Below are positions 28,297 to 40,005 of a stretch of 64,000 nucleotides of DNA, piece by piece. The stretch is from Eledone cirrhosa (Eukaryota). Below the pieces are notes generated by a model that had not been told where the DNA came from, searched no databases, and saw only the letters and a program-made list of their open reading frames with translations. A program made the translations under genes and the position numbers. The stretch lies in the NCBI GenBank assembly GCA_964016885.1, contig OZ024740.1, positions 80,414,001 through 80,478,000 on the forward strand, written 5' to 3'. The first letter of the stretch is position 1. Each line of letters opens with the position of its first letter.

Positions 28297-29349
28297 ATGG
28301 AGTCAAGTAAGTAAATAAATAAAATTAGATAACATGAAATGAAATAAAATGAAATAAAGTAAATTGAGATAAGATATATATTTTTTTAGAATATATCTCT
28401 TGAATATATCACGGGCCCACGAAGGCACTAAATGTCACAGTTATATGTATCACTTGACCAATTTTTTAAAAAATATTTTTCATGAAAACATCAGGGGCCC
28501 ACGAAGGCACTAAGTGTCACAGTCACCAGTATCACTTGACCATTGCAAGGCAATGGAGGCGTCCCAGGTTGGGCAGTCTCGAAAGTTCACTCGAAAGTCA
28601 TGGGTGTGCATTCACACAGTTGAGCGGTGGGGTAATCACAAACCGGTTCACACACGGGCAGGAGTCAATTGGTCAGAGAGGTGCATCAAAGGAGGTAGAA
28701 GAATTCACATGCATTAGCATTTATTTATTTATTTATTTATTTATTTTATTTTATTTTATTTTATTTTATTTAATTACATTTAATTATATTTAATTATACA
28801 TTTAATTATATCTTATATTATATTATTTTAATTTAGTCTATGTTATTTGATTTTAGTTTACCTTATTTTATCTTATTTTACGATTATACTATATTATGTT
28901 CTATGTATATAATTTTTAATTTTTAATTTTATATTATTTTATCTCATTCCTTACCCTATATTTTATTTTTTATATTTTATATGTAAGTTTGTTATGTATT
29001 TCTTTGTATTTCTTTTTATATATATTATAAGTCTGTTTTTCACCTATTTTTTACCTATTTTTTACCTACTCTTACCTAATCCCATTATCTTATCTACTCT
29101 TGTCTGTTCTCTTATCCATGTGTCTACTCTTGTCTGTACTCTTATCCATGTGTATGCTTGTATGTAACTATATGTTGACAGCACCCCGCCCAACTGTGAC
29201 TGATAGCACCCCTTATTTTTATTTTTATTTTTATTTTTATTTTTACTTTTATTTTTATTTTTATTCTTATCCTCTATCGTCTATTATTACCTTTCATTCT
29301 TCAATGTCTTGGATTTGTTATTGCTTGTATGGTATGTAATTAACCTTTA

Positions 29350-29395
29350 TGCTCTGATGAGTCCCACTTATAGTGCGGATGAAACAATGTTAGCA
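29350..29395 (+). ncRNA. Minimal hammerhead ribozyme, right arm
   Basis: tgct CTGATGA gtcc-cacttatagtgc-ggat GAAA c aat g TT agca. Confidence 0.82.
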
Positions 29396-29467
29396 AGTAA
29401 AGATATGCATATGCTATAAGCGTTCTTTGTTATTTATTTATTATATATATATATATATATATATATA

Positions 29468-30025
29468 CGTTATTCCGGGTTGAATCGGAGGTAACCACAG
29501 TAAGTAAGGTACTCAATACATAGCAGAGTATAAAGGTTTTAATAATGAAGAGATTCTACAGGACTAGAACTGTTTCATTCTTTAGAAAACAACAGGAATC
29601 TGGGTATCAAAAAATAAATATGGTATTTATAGGTCTCTTCTGGTGGTAGGAGAGAGTGGGGAGTGGGATGGGTGAAGGTCATTGGTTGATAGAAAAGGGA
29701 ATTCATTAAAAGCTAATTCTTTAAAGCTATAATTTATATTTAGATTAACAAAGGCAGAAAGAATTCTATAAACAAGTTCAGAATGGGGTGCCACTCCTTA
29801 TTTTTAAGTTTCTCTTAAGCTAACAATGCCTATATTTCAGGTGTCTATAAGATCGTTGGGGGTCAGTCATGGTTGATGGATTTAAAGAAAAGGGAAATTC
29901 CTTAAAAGCTAATTCTTCTTAGAGTGACAAAGACCTAGAGAATTCTATAGACCACTTCAAAATATTGAGTGCCTATCATACCATTATCTTCAAGTTTCTC
30001 TTAAGCTATATTCCAGGTGTCAACA
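29468..30025 (-). mobile_element. PLE-type 3' end (27254 HHR family, core mutated) with ~200-bp internal tandem duplication
   Basis: agattctacaggactagaactgtttcattc..aggaatct at 29551-29601; gaaaaggga..aaaagctaattct occurs twice. Confidence 0.7.
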
Positions 30026-30046
30026 GACACATTCACAAACACACAC

Positions 30047-30146
<100 letters not shown>

Positions 30147-30173
30147 ACATACATATATATATGTATATATATA

Positions 30174-30267
<94 letters not shown>

Positions 30268-31711
30268 ATAAGGGCGCTGCGGAGTTGCAAATGGGTTACA
30301 TATGAAAAAAGTTTGTCCTTCATCAGTGATCTTCCAACTATCATAGGCATTTCATCGCTTTAAAGACCATATACCTCCGGTTGGTGCGAGCAACGGCTAA
30401 AAAAAGTCGTTGGGACACGTAAATAAAGGGGACGCGAGGGTAAACAAACAAAATGGTGAAGCAACATAAAGTGAGGAAGAAGGAGACAAGTCCCAGATTT
30501 CTATGAATTTAAGTTCGGTGAAATCGTGAACGAGAGAATAAAGACCATCAAACCTGGTTGAAATGTGAGCAAGGAAGGAATTTCGCACAGGTCTAACGGG
30601 AGGAAGAAGGGGTCTGGTCTGCGAATTCGGTAAACATAAGTTCTGTGAAATCGTAGACGAGAGAGAAAAAATTCCGACCAGCTTGGCCGAGAATGTGAGA
30701 GAAAAGAATTACTCACAGGTCAAACGGGAAGAAAGAGGAGGAGGAGAGGTTGTGACAGAGAATAAGTGAGTGAAGGGTGAGGAAGAGGCTAACAGAGAGA
30801 CCGACTGCTAGAAAGGGTAAAGATACATAGAACGAAAAAGACGGTGTAGCAGCAGAGGAAAAAATATGTGTAAATATGATAATAAGGGCGCTGCGGTGTT
30901 GCAAATGGGTTACATATGAAAAAAGTTTGTCCTTCATCAGTGATCTTCCAACTATCATAGGCATTTCATCGCTTTAAAGACCATATACCTCCGGTTGGTG
31001 CCAGCAACGGCTAAAAAAGTCGTTGGGACACGTAAATAAAGGGGACGCGATGAAATGCCTATGATAGTTGGAAGATCACTGATGAAGGACAAACTTTTTT
31101 CATATGTAACCCATTTGCAACTCCGCAGCGCCCTTATTATCATATTTACACATATTTTTTCCTCTGCTGCTACACCGTCTTTTTCGTTCTATGTATCTTT
31201 ACCCTTTCTAGCAGTCTCTCTCTCTGTTAGCCTCTTCCTCACCCTTCACTCACTCATTCTCTGTCACTACCTCTCCTCCTCCTCTTTCTTCCCGTTTGAC
31301 CTGTGAGTAACTCTTTTCTCTCATATTCTCGGCCAAGCTGGTGGGAATTTTTTCTCTCTCGTCTACGATTTCACAGAACTTATGTTTACTGAATTCGCAG
31401 ACCAGACCCCTTCTTCCTCCCGTTAGACCTGTGCGAAATTCCTTCCTTGCTCACATTTCAACCAGGTTTGCTGGTCTTTATTCTCTCGTTCACGATTTCA
31501 CCGAACTTAAATTCATAGAAATCTGGGACTAGTCTCCTTCTTCCTCACTTTCTGTTGCTTCACCATTTTGTTTGTTTACCCTCGCGTCCCCTTTATTTAC
31601 GTGTCCCAACGACTTTTTTTAGCCGTTGCTCGCACCAACCGGAGGTATATGGTCTTTAAAGCGATGAAATGCCTATGATAGTTGGAACATCACTGATGAA
31701 GGACAAACTTT

Positions 31712-31717
<6 letters not shown>
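30268..31717. mobile_element. 614-bp non-coding unit: ~1.3 tandem copies followed by ~1.1 inverted copies, in (TA)n
   Basis: agggcgctgcg at 30271 and 30885; inversion at ~31047; identical spurious ORFs [17 protein letters not shown] on both strands. Confidence 0.85.
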
Positions 31718-32324
<607 letters not shown>

Positions 32325-32485
32325 TAACAGATTAAAGTTTAAGCAAAGAATCGCTGCTTGCACCCTTAACGGGATCTTCTGAAACTAAAAAAGTCAATCT
32401 GTGAACGCAGAAGTATATATTAAAAATAAAATTGCCACCGGAAAAAGACAGGAAGACGATACTTTGGTTCGTGGAAACGTTCCCT

Positions 32486-32665
32486 GGCAGTATTGGTACA
32501 GGGTCGGACGCCATGCTTTGCAGCACAGTTACGTCCCTTTACGGATTGAGTTCAAATCCCGCCAAGATTAACTTTGCCTTTCATCCTTACGGGGTCGATA
32601 AAATAAAGTACCAGTAATACACTGGGGTAATTGCTGGCGATGTGCCAAAAGTAGAAACCATTATT
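32486..32665 (+). mobile_element. tRNA-derived SINE
   Basis: gagttcaaatccc (B-box) ..actttgcctttcatccttacggggtcgataaaataaagtaccagt. Confidence 0.85.
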
Positions 32666-32667
32666 AG

Positions 32668-32884
32668 GAGCGGTGAAAACAATTACACGCAAAGACAAAA
32701 CCACGTTTATGATATAAATGCAGTCGTAGACTAATATTCTATTAGGTAGTTCATGGAGACGTTCTCTGGCAATGAACGGAAAAAAGATAATACGTAATTA
32801 TATGGAGCGATGAGAACAATTGCACGCAAAGTCAAAACCACGTAAATGGTATAACTGAAGTCGTAGACTAAAATTCTAACTAGG
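32668..32884 (+). repeat. ~135-bp diverged tandem duplication
   Basis: ggagcg.tga.aacaatt.cacgcaaag.caaaaccacgt..agtcgtagactaa.attcta..agg at 32668 and 32804. Confidence 0.7.
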
Positions 32885-33519
32885 AAACCGAATGATTCTC
32901 GGCTTCAGAGTTAAGAATAAAGTAAATAAAATACAGAGGTAATTGAAATTAAATAAATACATACATGCATCAATATACGTACATACACAAGCATACGCGA
33001 AAAAACTCGCCATAGGTATACAAATACAAACACCTACACAAAAAACCCGCACGCTCATACAGAACCCACGTAACGCCTGTACCCGCACATATACGAACGT
33101 ATACACCAAATACACATTATAAAAAAATATATATGTGTGTGTGCGTGTATACATATAATTAAATAAACTTATATAAATAAATAAATACGTATATAACGCG
33201 CGCACACACATACCTACATGTAAATACACATATTTTCGCGGACGTACGTCCACCAAAACACGAGGTACACATATACACACACCCTACATACGTATGAACC
33301 CGCACACTCACACAGACGCAAAACTCGCGTATACACATAACCAAATGCATATGTACCAGAATATAGAATATATACGCCATAACATATACAAGCAAATATA
33401 CGTACGAGAAAGTATACGTACTTTCACAGAACATATTTGCTCTACGGTTCTTATATATTTGATATATATATATCCTTATCGAGCCCTCTTTGGATTTTAG
33501 TCTTCAAATTTATTATTAT

Positions 33520-33566
<47 letters not shown>

Positions 33567-33570
<4 letters not shown>

Positions 33571-33751
33571 AACCAGTAAGACCCCGACAGCTGAGCTCAA
33601 GCCGTTTCGACGGCTAATTCGAATTAGCCGTCGAAACGGCTTGAGCTCAGCTGTCGGGGTCTTACTGGTTCCTATTACCCACTCTACTACCTCAAGTATT
33701 GAGTACTTTGGTGCGTTATGGTCCACCTGGTTCCTTACCACATTTCCTTCG

Positions 33752-33754
<3 letters not shown>
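33567..33754. mobile_element. Perfect hairpin of the PLE copy 2 family pseudo-LTR end in (TA)n
   Basis: taggaacc..ctaatt|cg|aattag..ggttccta palindrome, then a tail matching the reverse complement of 27053-27135. Confidence 0.88.
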
Positions 33755-33782
<28 letters not shown>

Positions 33783-33784
<2 letters not shown>

Positions 33785-34262
33785 TAAGTATGCATGTATG
33801 TTTACGTACATACATATATTTACACAGCCGTACAGTAGTATGTATATATATACATACATGCACACATATATATATGCACGTATCGGTTTGCCGAACATTT
33901 ATTATAATACTCGGTTTGTTTGTTTGTAAACAAACAAACAGCCCGAATTACGCCGTACAGTGTTTAGGCAACCACGTCACCTTTTTGTTCAACACTGACA
34001 CCGGAACGATGTACTAGTTTCAAGCTTATTAGCTATCGTCAGCATCGTATACCTTCCTGACAGATGGTTGAACGTCTGAAAGTATATACTTTCCTTATGC
34101 ATATTAACGGCTGCGCAGCCTAATTTGCATATCGAGTGAGTTTAGTTATAATAAATGTTCGGTAAACCGATACGTGCATATATATATGTGTGCATGTATG
34201 TATATATATACATACTACTGTGCGTCTGTATACATATATGTATGTACGTATACATACATGCA
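33783..34262. mobile_element. Inverted HHR element, same family as 39165-39836
   Basis: 33790-33908 mirrors 34147-34262; (TA)n on both sides. Confidence 0.82.
34006..34048 (-). ncRNA. Minimal hammerhead ribozyme
   Basis: Minus strand: acgatg CTGACGA tagct aata agctt GAAA ctag TA catcgt. Confidence 0.85.
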
Positions 34263-34263
34263 T

Positions 34264-34359
<96 letters not shown>

Positions 34360-34361
<2 letters not shown>

Positions 34362-34770
34362 AAAGTATATATTGAGTTAGAAACTCAAAATAGTCTCTTA
34401 CAATTAAATAGCTCAGGGAAAAATATTATTGCGGGCCGTGTAATATAATTGAATATAAAAGAGAGATAAACACAGATATATACATATACATATGTGTTCA
34501 AATCGTAAGGGACCAGATTCGCTAGGGTGAAAAAAATACTAACTATGAACAATAGGGTTTGCCAGACTCAATTTAAAAGAATAAATTAATAAAAAAAATA
34601 CAAACCGAAATTGTGACAACTATTGATAGTTGTCACAATTTCGGTTTGTATTTTTTTCTTGATTCATTCTTTAGTTAGTATTTTTTTTCACCCTAGTGAA
34701 TCTGGTCCCTTACGATTTGAACACATATATATGTGTATACCTGTGTATACTGCTCTTTTATATTCAATTT
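34360..34770. mobile_element. Palindromic 3' ends of the 15343 family
   Basis: Aligns with 15343-15600; folds back at acaactattgatagttgt (~34624). Confidence 0.8.
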
Positions 34771-34776
34771 TATATA

Positions 34777-35078
34777 TCTTTATATATATAAAAGCGAGGA
34801 TGTGTGTGTGTCTGTGTACAACTTTGGATACCTAAGGCTTTTACAATTACCAACCGAATTTGACCAAATTTTCTGTGCACGTTGCCCAGGTCGCTAAAAT
34901 TTTTCCAATCGACCCACGTTGAGCAATAAAAAATCGATATCAAAATTGATGTGAGGGAGATAACCAACTTTATTGACAGAAATATAAACATCAGATTCAT
35001 TTGAAGATAAATCACATTGTTTCTTGTTTATTCATTGTTGCATTTCAAACCCCGGGCAACGCCGGGTAAATCTGCTAG
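34777..35078 (+). mobile_element. Non-autonomous Helitron (~300 bp)
   Basis: A|TC 5' end (tctttatatatataaaa..tgtgtgtgtctg), 3' hairpin cccgg-gcaacg-ccggg, CTAG|T end. Confidence 0.82.
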
Positions 35079-35242
35079 TATATATATAATTGGTGTTGGA
35101 TGCTTAAAGCGTCCGTATGCGGTAGGCTGTATGAGCACTCAATGCCCGAGATGGTCGCCCGAGAAACATTTGTAATATGTCCAATAAATTCCTTTCGTCG
35201 CAACACTGATTCTCTTTTTTCTGTGTGGTATATATATATTTA

Positions 35243-35370
35243 ATATGATTTCTCCCGAATGAAACAATTCTAGTCCTGTAGAAGCCATTTCTATATTAAA
35301 TATTTATACTCTGCTATGTATTGAGTACCTTACTTACTGTGGTTACCACCGATTTAACCCAGGATAATCA
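35243..35370 (+). mobile_element. 3' end fragment of the 27254/29468 HHR family
   Basis: gaatgaaacaattctagtcctgtagaa..gtattgagtaccttacttactgtggttacc is the reverse complement of 29470-29580. Confidence 0.7.
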
Positions 35371-35400
35371 TATATGTATGTATAAATATATATATATATA

Positions 35401-36029
35401 TCTGTATATATATAAAATTAAGTATGTGTGAGTGTGTCTGTGTATTACCTATAGGGGCCTACATCTTACGACCGATTTTTTGAAACTTTACAGGCTCGTA
35501 GATCATCATCGGCGAGTATTTTCTATATATCAGCGTATCGTTTTCTTTTATTCCGGGGTCATTCTACAGATAAAAATCGATAGAGGGGTCACCTTTTTTT
35601 AGGTATCGAAAAATACGATTTTTGGCTCTAGCTGCTACATTTTGCCACCGATTTCGTTTAAATTTTAAAGCAAAATAGAATTTATCTTTGCACATCCTCT
35701 AATGCCTTTATATTTTGCATTTATTGTTCAGGGACGGCGTGGCAGCCGCTTAAATATTCGAAAATACCACCTTTTCGCTCAAATTTCCGCCTTTTCGGCT
35801 CTAGCTCCAACATTTTTCAACCGATTTCGTTCAAATTCGAAACCCCCTCCCCCAGCATGCCCCTTCGTTAGTCACCCGCGTTTCTCAATGATAGAGACCA
35901 TCACCACCCTCCCCCGCATGGCCTGTGTGTGGCCATAGATGAGTCATCGAGAAGCAGTCGCTAAGATCAACACCTTTTCATCAAAGCAGATATTATCTTA
36001 CCAACCCAGGCAACGCTGCGTACTACTGG
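35401..36029 (+). mobile_element. Second non-autonomous Helitron, decayed
   Basis: A|TCtgtatatatataaaa..gtgtgtctg start, internal duplication, degenerate hairpin cccaggcaacgctgcg, CTGG|T end. Confidence 0.65.
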
Positions 36030-36034
36030 TAGGC

Positions 36035-36428
36035 ACATAAACATGAACTCAAGTTTCGTTGTGTGCTGAGTCCCAATTTCTTCAGCCTATCATGAGAAAA
36101 ATGAAAAACAAAGGTGGCCGCCTATGGTTGATTGTGCTTTCCCTATGGGGATATAACAAGAGAGTTCACGCAGGGCCAGGTAATTCAGAAAAAATATAGA
36201 AAAAAAGGGGTTGAACTATCTTGTTATATCCCCATAGGGAGAGCTCAATTAATCATAGGCGGTCATCTTTGTCTTTCATTTTTCTCATGACAGGCTGAAG
36301 AAATAGGGGCCCAGACCCAACGAAATTTGAGTACCTGCTTATGTCACTGTTGTAATTATTTATACTAAACTGGTCTTATGAACCGAGTGCTCTTACTCTT
36401 GGATATTTCCACTTAACTTTTAATTCAG
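36035..36428. mobile_element. Older inverted HHR element (~135-bp arms)
   Basis: 36035-36169 mirrors 36212-36344. cagg CTGAAGA ..cccaac GAAA tttgag TA cctg at 36291-36337, with stem II decayed. Confidence 0.72.
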
Positions 36429-37169
36429 TATATATATATATTTATATGAACCCTCCTCCACTTCCTCTCAGCGTGAACCAATACGTGTCTGTCTTTTTGC
36501 ATCTCTGTATTTGTTTTATTTCATTTATCAACTATATATATATATATATATAGATGTCAGTGTGTGTGTGTGTGTGCCTGTATGTTTGCATGTGCGTGAG
36601 TATGTGCATGTGAGTATGTACGCACACACCAAAACACACATATATTTGCATGTCTGCGCAGGTACACGTATGTTAGTACCGCTTCCCCACATTCCTCGTG
36701 TGTATAAATACATAAAATAAATACACAGGCACATGAGTTCGCTAGACGTTTCCTAAATTGTTTTAAAATGATTCTGATGGTTTGAGGATGTTGATTCAAT
36801 CAGAATTGTTACAACCAAGCAATACAGAAAAATGGTTCAAGTTGAGCTTCATAAAAATGGGCAATAAGGAAAGACATAAAAAAAAAAATACGAAACTAAA
36901 ATAATATTTTACAGTAATATTTTTAGTTTCGGTTAAAACATGTTTTCCCAAGACACTGTGCTAATTTACATAATGACTCTAAATGAATTATTTTTCTAAT
37001 CAATAACTTCTTTCTGATTGTTGTAGTGCTTGAAGGTATACACTACTTTCAGTGTTATAGTCAGGAGCTAAAGAGAACATATTTCTGCTGTTTCCAACTA
37101 CGAAAAAGTAACGAATAATTTACTATTAGAAAAAAGAACAGAATTTCAGATCGATTCCTTCTCCTCATT

Positions 37170-38180
37170 TCTCGATGCTCACTGCAAATGAAATGTGTCT
37201 TAAGCGGAATTCATTTACATTTGGAGGACACACGTTTCATGGTTAAAAGGATCCTTCATCTTTGGTACAACATTTTACTTCTGATATCTTCAGAACCCTT
37301 TTCTTCAATACTAGTCCTACCTTAAAGTAGCGTAGCATATAAAGTTCTAAGAATAATAATAATGGCTCATTTATTTATGAGGGCTCAAAATGAGCCTCTA
37401 TTGTAGATTTGTGGAAATCCTAAGTGAATTTATAATCGCCAGAAAGATTTGTCACGGAGCGTGAAAATATTTTATCTAATGGACTCTTCTGGAAATTCTA
37501 AACACTACAAATGCTATTTACTATTTCATTTATGTGGGCTAGTATAGCTCTTTCCTGATGGTAATTGGGTATAATTTTGAAACCAGCTCATTTACATACT
37601 GAGTCTGATTTCCACACTGATGTGCTATTTATATTAGTCCGTCATTGTCAGCTGGAATTGGAACACTGTCGATTTAAAGACTTACATTGGCATATTCACC
37701 AGCAGTTCTATATGTTTAAAGGAAAATCCTTATAGCAGTTGATAGGGTTCAATTCTGGAGTCTAGAGAGAGAAAGCCTGAAACAGGTATGAAGCTCATCT
37801 ACACGAGTACTCTTGGGAATAACATGCGGAATTTGGTGGAAACCAACTGTGTGCTGCAATGGTACTCTGCCCATGATGTCATTGGGCTTTCTCATATCAC
37901 ACAGTGGCTAATCTAGTGCTTCAAGGGAAAGTTTCTAGATCACTGTACAATCACACCACACAATCATTCGCCAACTTTCCAGAACTGCCAATTTTTAATA
38001 TGTATTAATGTTGAATGCATGTGCATCTGAGGAAGTTAGGCTTGAAGAATGTCTGAATCTATGTTATACGAGGCTGTAGCAAAGGTAATTTTCTGTCGAT
38101 ATGTGACTTCGGCTAAGATGAAGTTGATAAGAACTGTTTCGCGAGTTCTTCTAGTTGCTTCTAAGTGAAAAATTCATAGT
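37170..38180 (-). pseudogene. Highly decayed Helitron PIF1-like helicase domain
   Basis: Manual minus-strand translation: FHLEATRRTRETVLINFILAEV..KITFATAS (cf. FLDAPGGTGKTFLINLILA..ALAVASSG), MIVWCDCTV..LSLEALD..DIMGRV..GFHQIPHVIPKSTRVDELHTC (cf. LIVWDECTM..GDFRQTLPVIPRSTPADELNAC), ERAILAHINEIVN, ISFAVSIEK (cf. FAMTINK). Confidence 0.8.
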
Positions 38181-38996
38181 TCCTTTGCAGAGTTCAATCG
38201 GTTAACTCCAATGCAGTCTATTCCGTATTCTGACACAAATTTTATCTCAACTTCTTGAACATTCACCACTACGTGAATAAGCGACAGTCGATTGACTTTA
38301 GTCAAATCGGACCGAGGAAACAATGTTTCCGTTGGTCTTTCCAATTGCTAAGACTATCTATCGGTCGCAACACCAGGTAGAAGGAGCAACGTGAAATAAA
38401 GGAATGGAGCTCACAAACTCACGATTGCGCATCCAATTCTCTTAGCACTCAGCCACGCGCCTTCACAGAATAATCTTATATGATATTTCTCCTGAAATCC
38501 CAATATTCAATAAGTTTTGATAATGTCATTTAGATAACTGGATGCAGTGATCATTTAAAGACTTCCTACACATTAACTATACCAAATCTGCCAGCTTGGA
38601 AGTTGATCACTTCTTTTATGAAGTCCAATTGAGGGTTGGTTATACGGATTATGGATTGATGTGAGATGTTTTCTAGCATAAATTCTTTTGTGCTTTACCC
38701 TCAGAGGCATTGCATTCGATTCATTAAAGGGCGTAATGAGAAGGGCAAACAAATGGCGAAGTTTTGATTGGAATTTGGAGTTACTGTCTTAGTATATTCT
38801 TTAATAACAATGGTTAGGTTAGGTTTTTAAAGTATTGACATGCGTCTTTGAATTTGGGGTACTGATTTCCAGTTACTATTTTCCTATATTTAACTAAGGT
38901 AGGACATTTGATCCGGAGAAGCAATAGGTACATATATGCTTTGTGTACGTCTTTGGAAGCAGTTTCTCCCCTTGTAGATTATAGTATATATATATG

Positions 38997-39049
<53 letters not shown>

Positions 39050-39055
39050 ACACGC

Positions 39056-39105
<50 letters not shown>

Positions 39106-39110
39106 GCACG

Positions 39111-39164
<54 letters not shown>

Positions 39165-39165
<1 letters not shown>

Positions 39166-39836
39166 GGAAAAGAATGAAATGAAATTTCTCACTCTTAGTA
39201 CGGCTGATACTTAAATGTAAGTATGTATACGTACATACATATATGTATACAAACGTACAGTAGTATGTATATATATATACATACATGCACATATATATAT
39301 GTAGGTATGGGTTTACCGAACATTTATTATAATGCTCGGTTTGTTTGTAAACAAAAATCCCGAATTAAGCCGTACAGTGTTCGGCAACCATCGTTGCCCT
39401 TTTGTTCAACACTGACAAAGGAACGATGAACTAGTTTCAAGCTTATTGGCTTATTAGCTATGCTCAGCCGTTAATATGCATAAGGAAAGTATATACTTTC
39501 AAACGTTCAATCATCTGACAGGAAGATATACGATGCTGACGATAGCTAATAAGCTTGAAACTAGTTCATCGTTTCTTTGTCAGTGTTGAACAAAAGGACA
39601 ACGATGGTTGCCGAACACTGTACGGCTTAATTCGGGCTGTTTGTTTACAAACGAACCGAGCATTATAATAAATGTTTGGTAAACCCATACGTACATATAT
39701 ATATGTGTGCATGTATGTAAATATATACATACTACTCTATGTCTGTATACATATATGTATGTACGTATACATACTTATATTTAAGTATCAGCCGTACTAA
39801 GAGTGAGAAATGAAATTTCATTTCATTCTTTTCCAT
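39165..39836. mobile_element. Inverted HHR element (~290-bp arms)
   Basis: 39165-39447 mirrors 39548-39835. Confidence 0.85.
39530..39572 (+). ncRNA. Minimal hammerhead ribozyme
   Basis: acgatg CTGACGA tagct aata agctt GAAA ctag TT catcgt. Confidence 0.83.
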
Positions 39837-40005
39837 GTTATGGAATCGCTCCCGTATGTTTTTGATTTTTACATATTTAAAACAACTGTGATAGAATAAT
39901 TCTCATTACAAATGACACATAAGATTAGAGTTTTCACTCTCAGCAAGCAACAACGCATCACATTATGGCCTAGGGCCCCAATATTTAATATTTAATTTTG
40001 GATCA

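Larger units (their letters stand above)
27347..29445. mobile_element. Long inverted repeat (~700-bp near-identical arms) of an HHR-bearing element in (TA)n
   Basis: 27438-28140 mirrors 28716-29443; identical spurious ORFs 27543..27782(-) and 29100..29339(+). Confidence 0.88.

Noticed and set aside
36891-36931. Short hairpin cgaaactaaaa..ttttagtttcg (similar one at 8706-8732)
   Set aside because: Isolated AT-rich palindromes with no further support; not terminators in this eukaryotic context.
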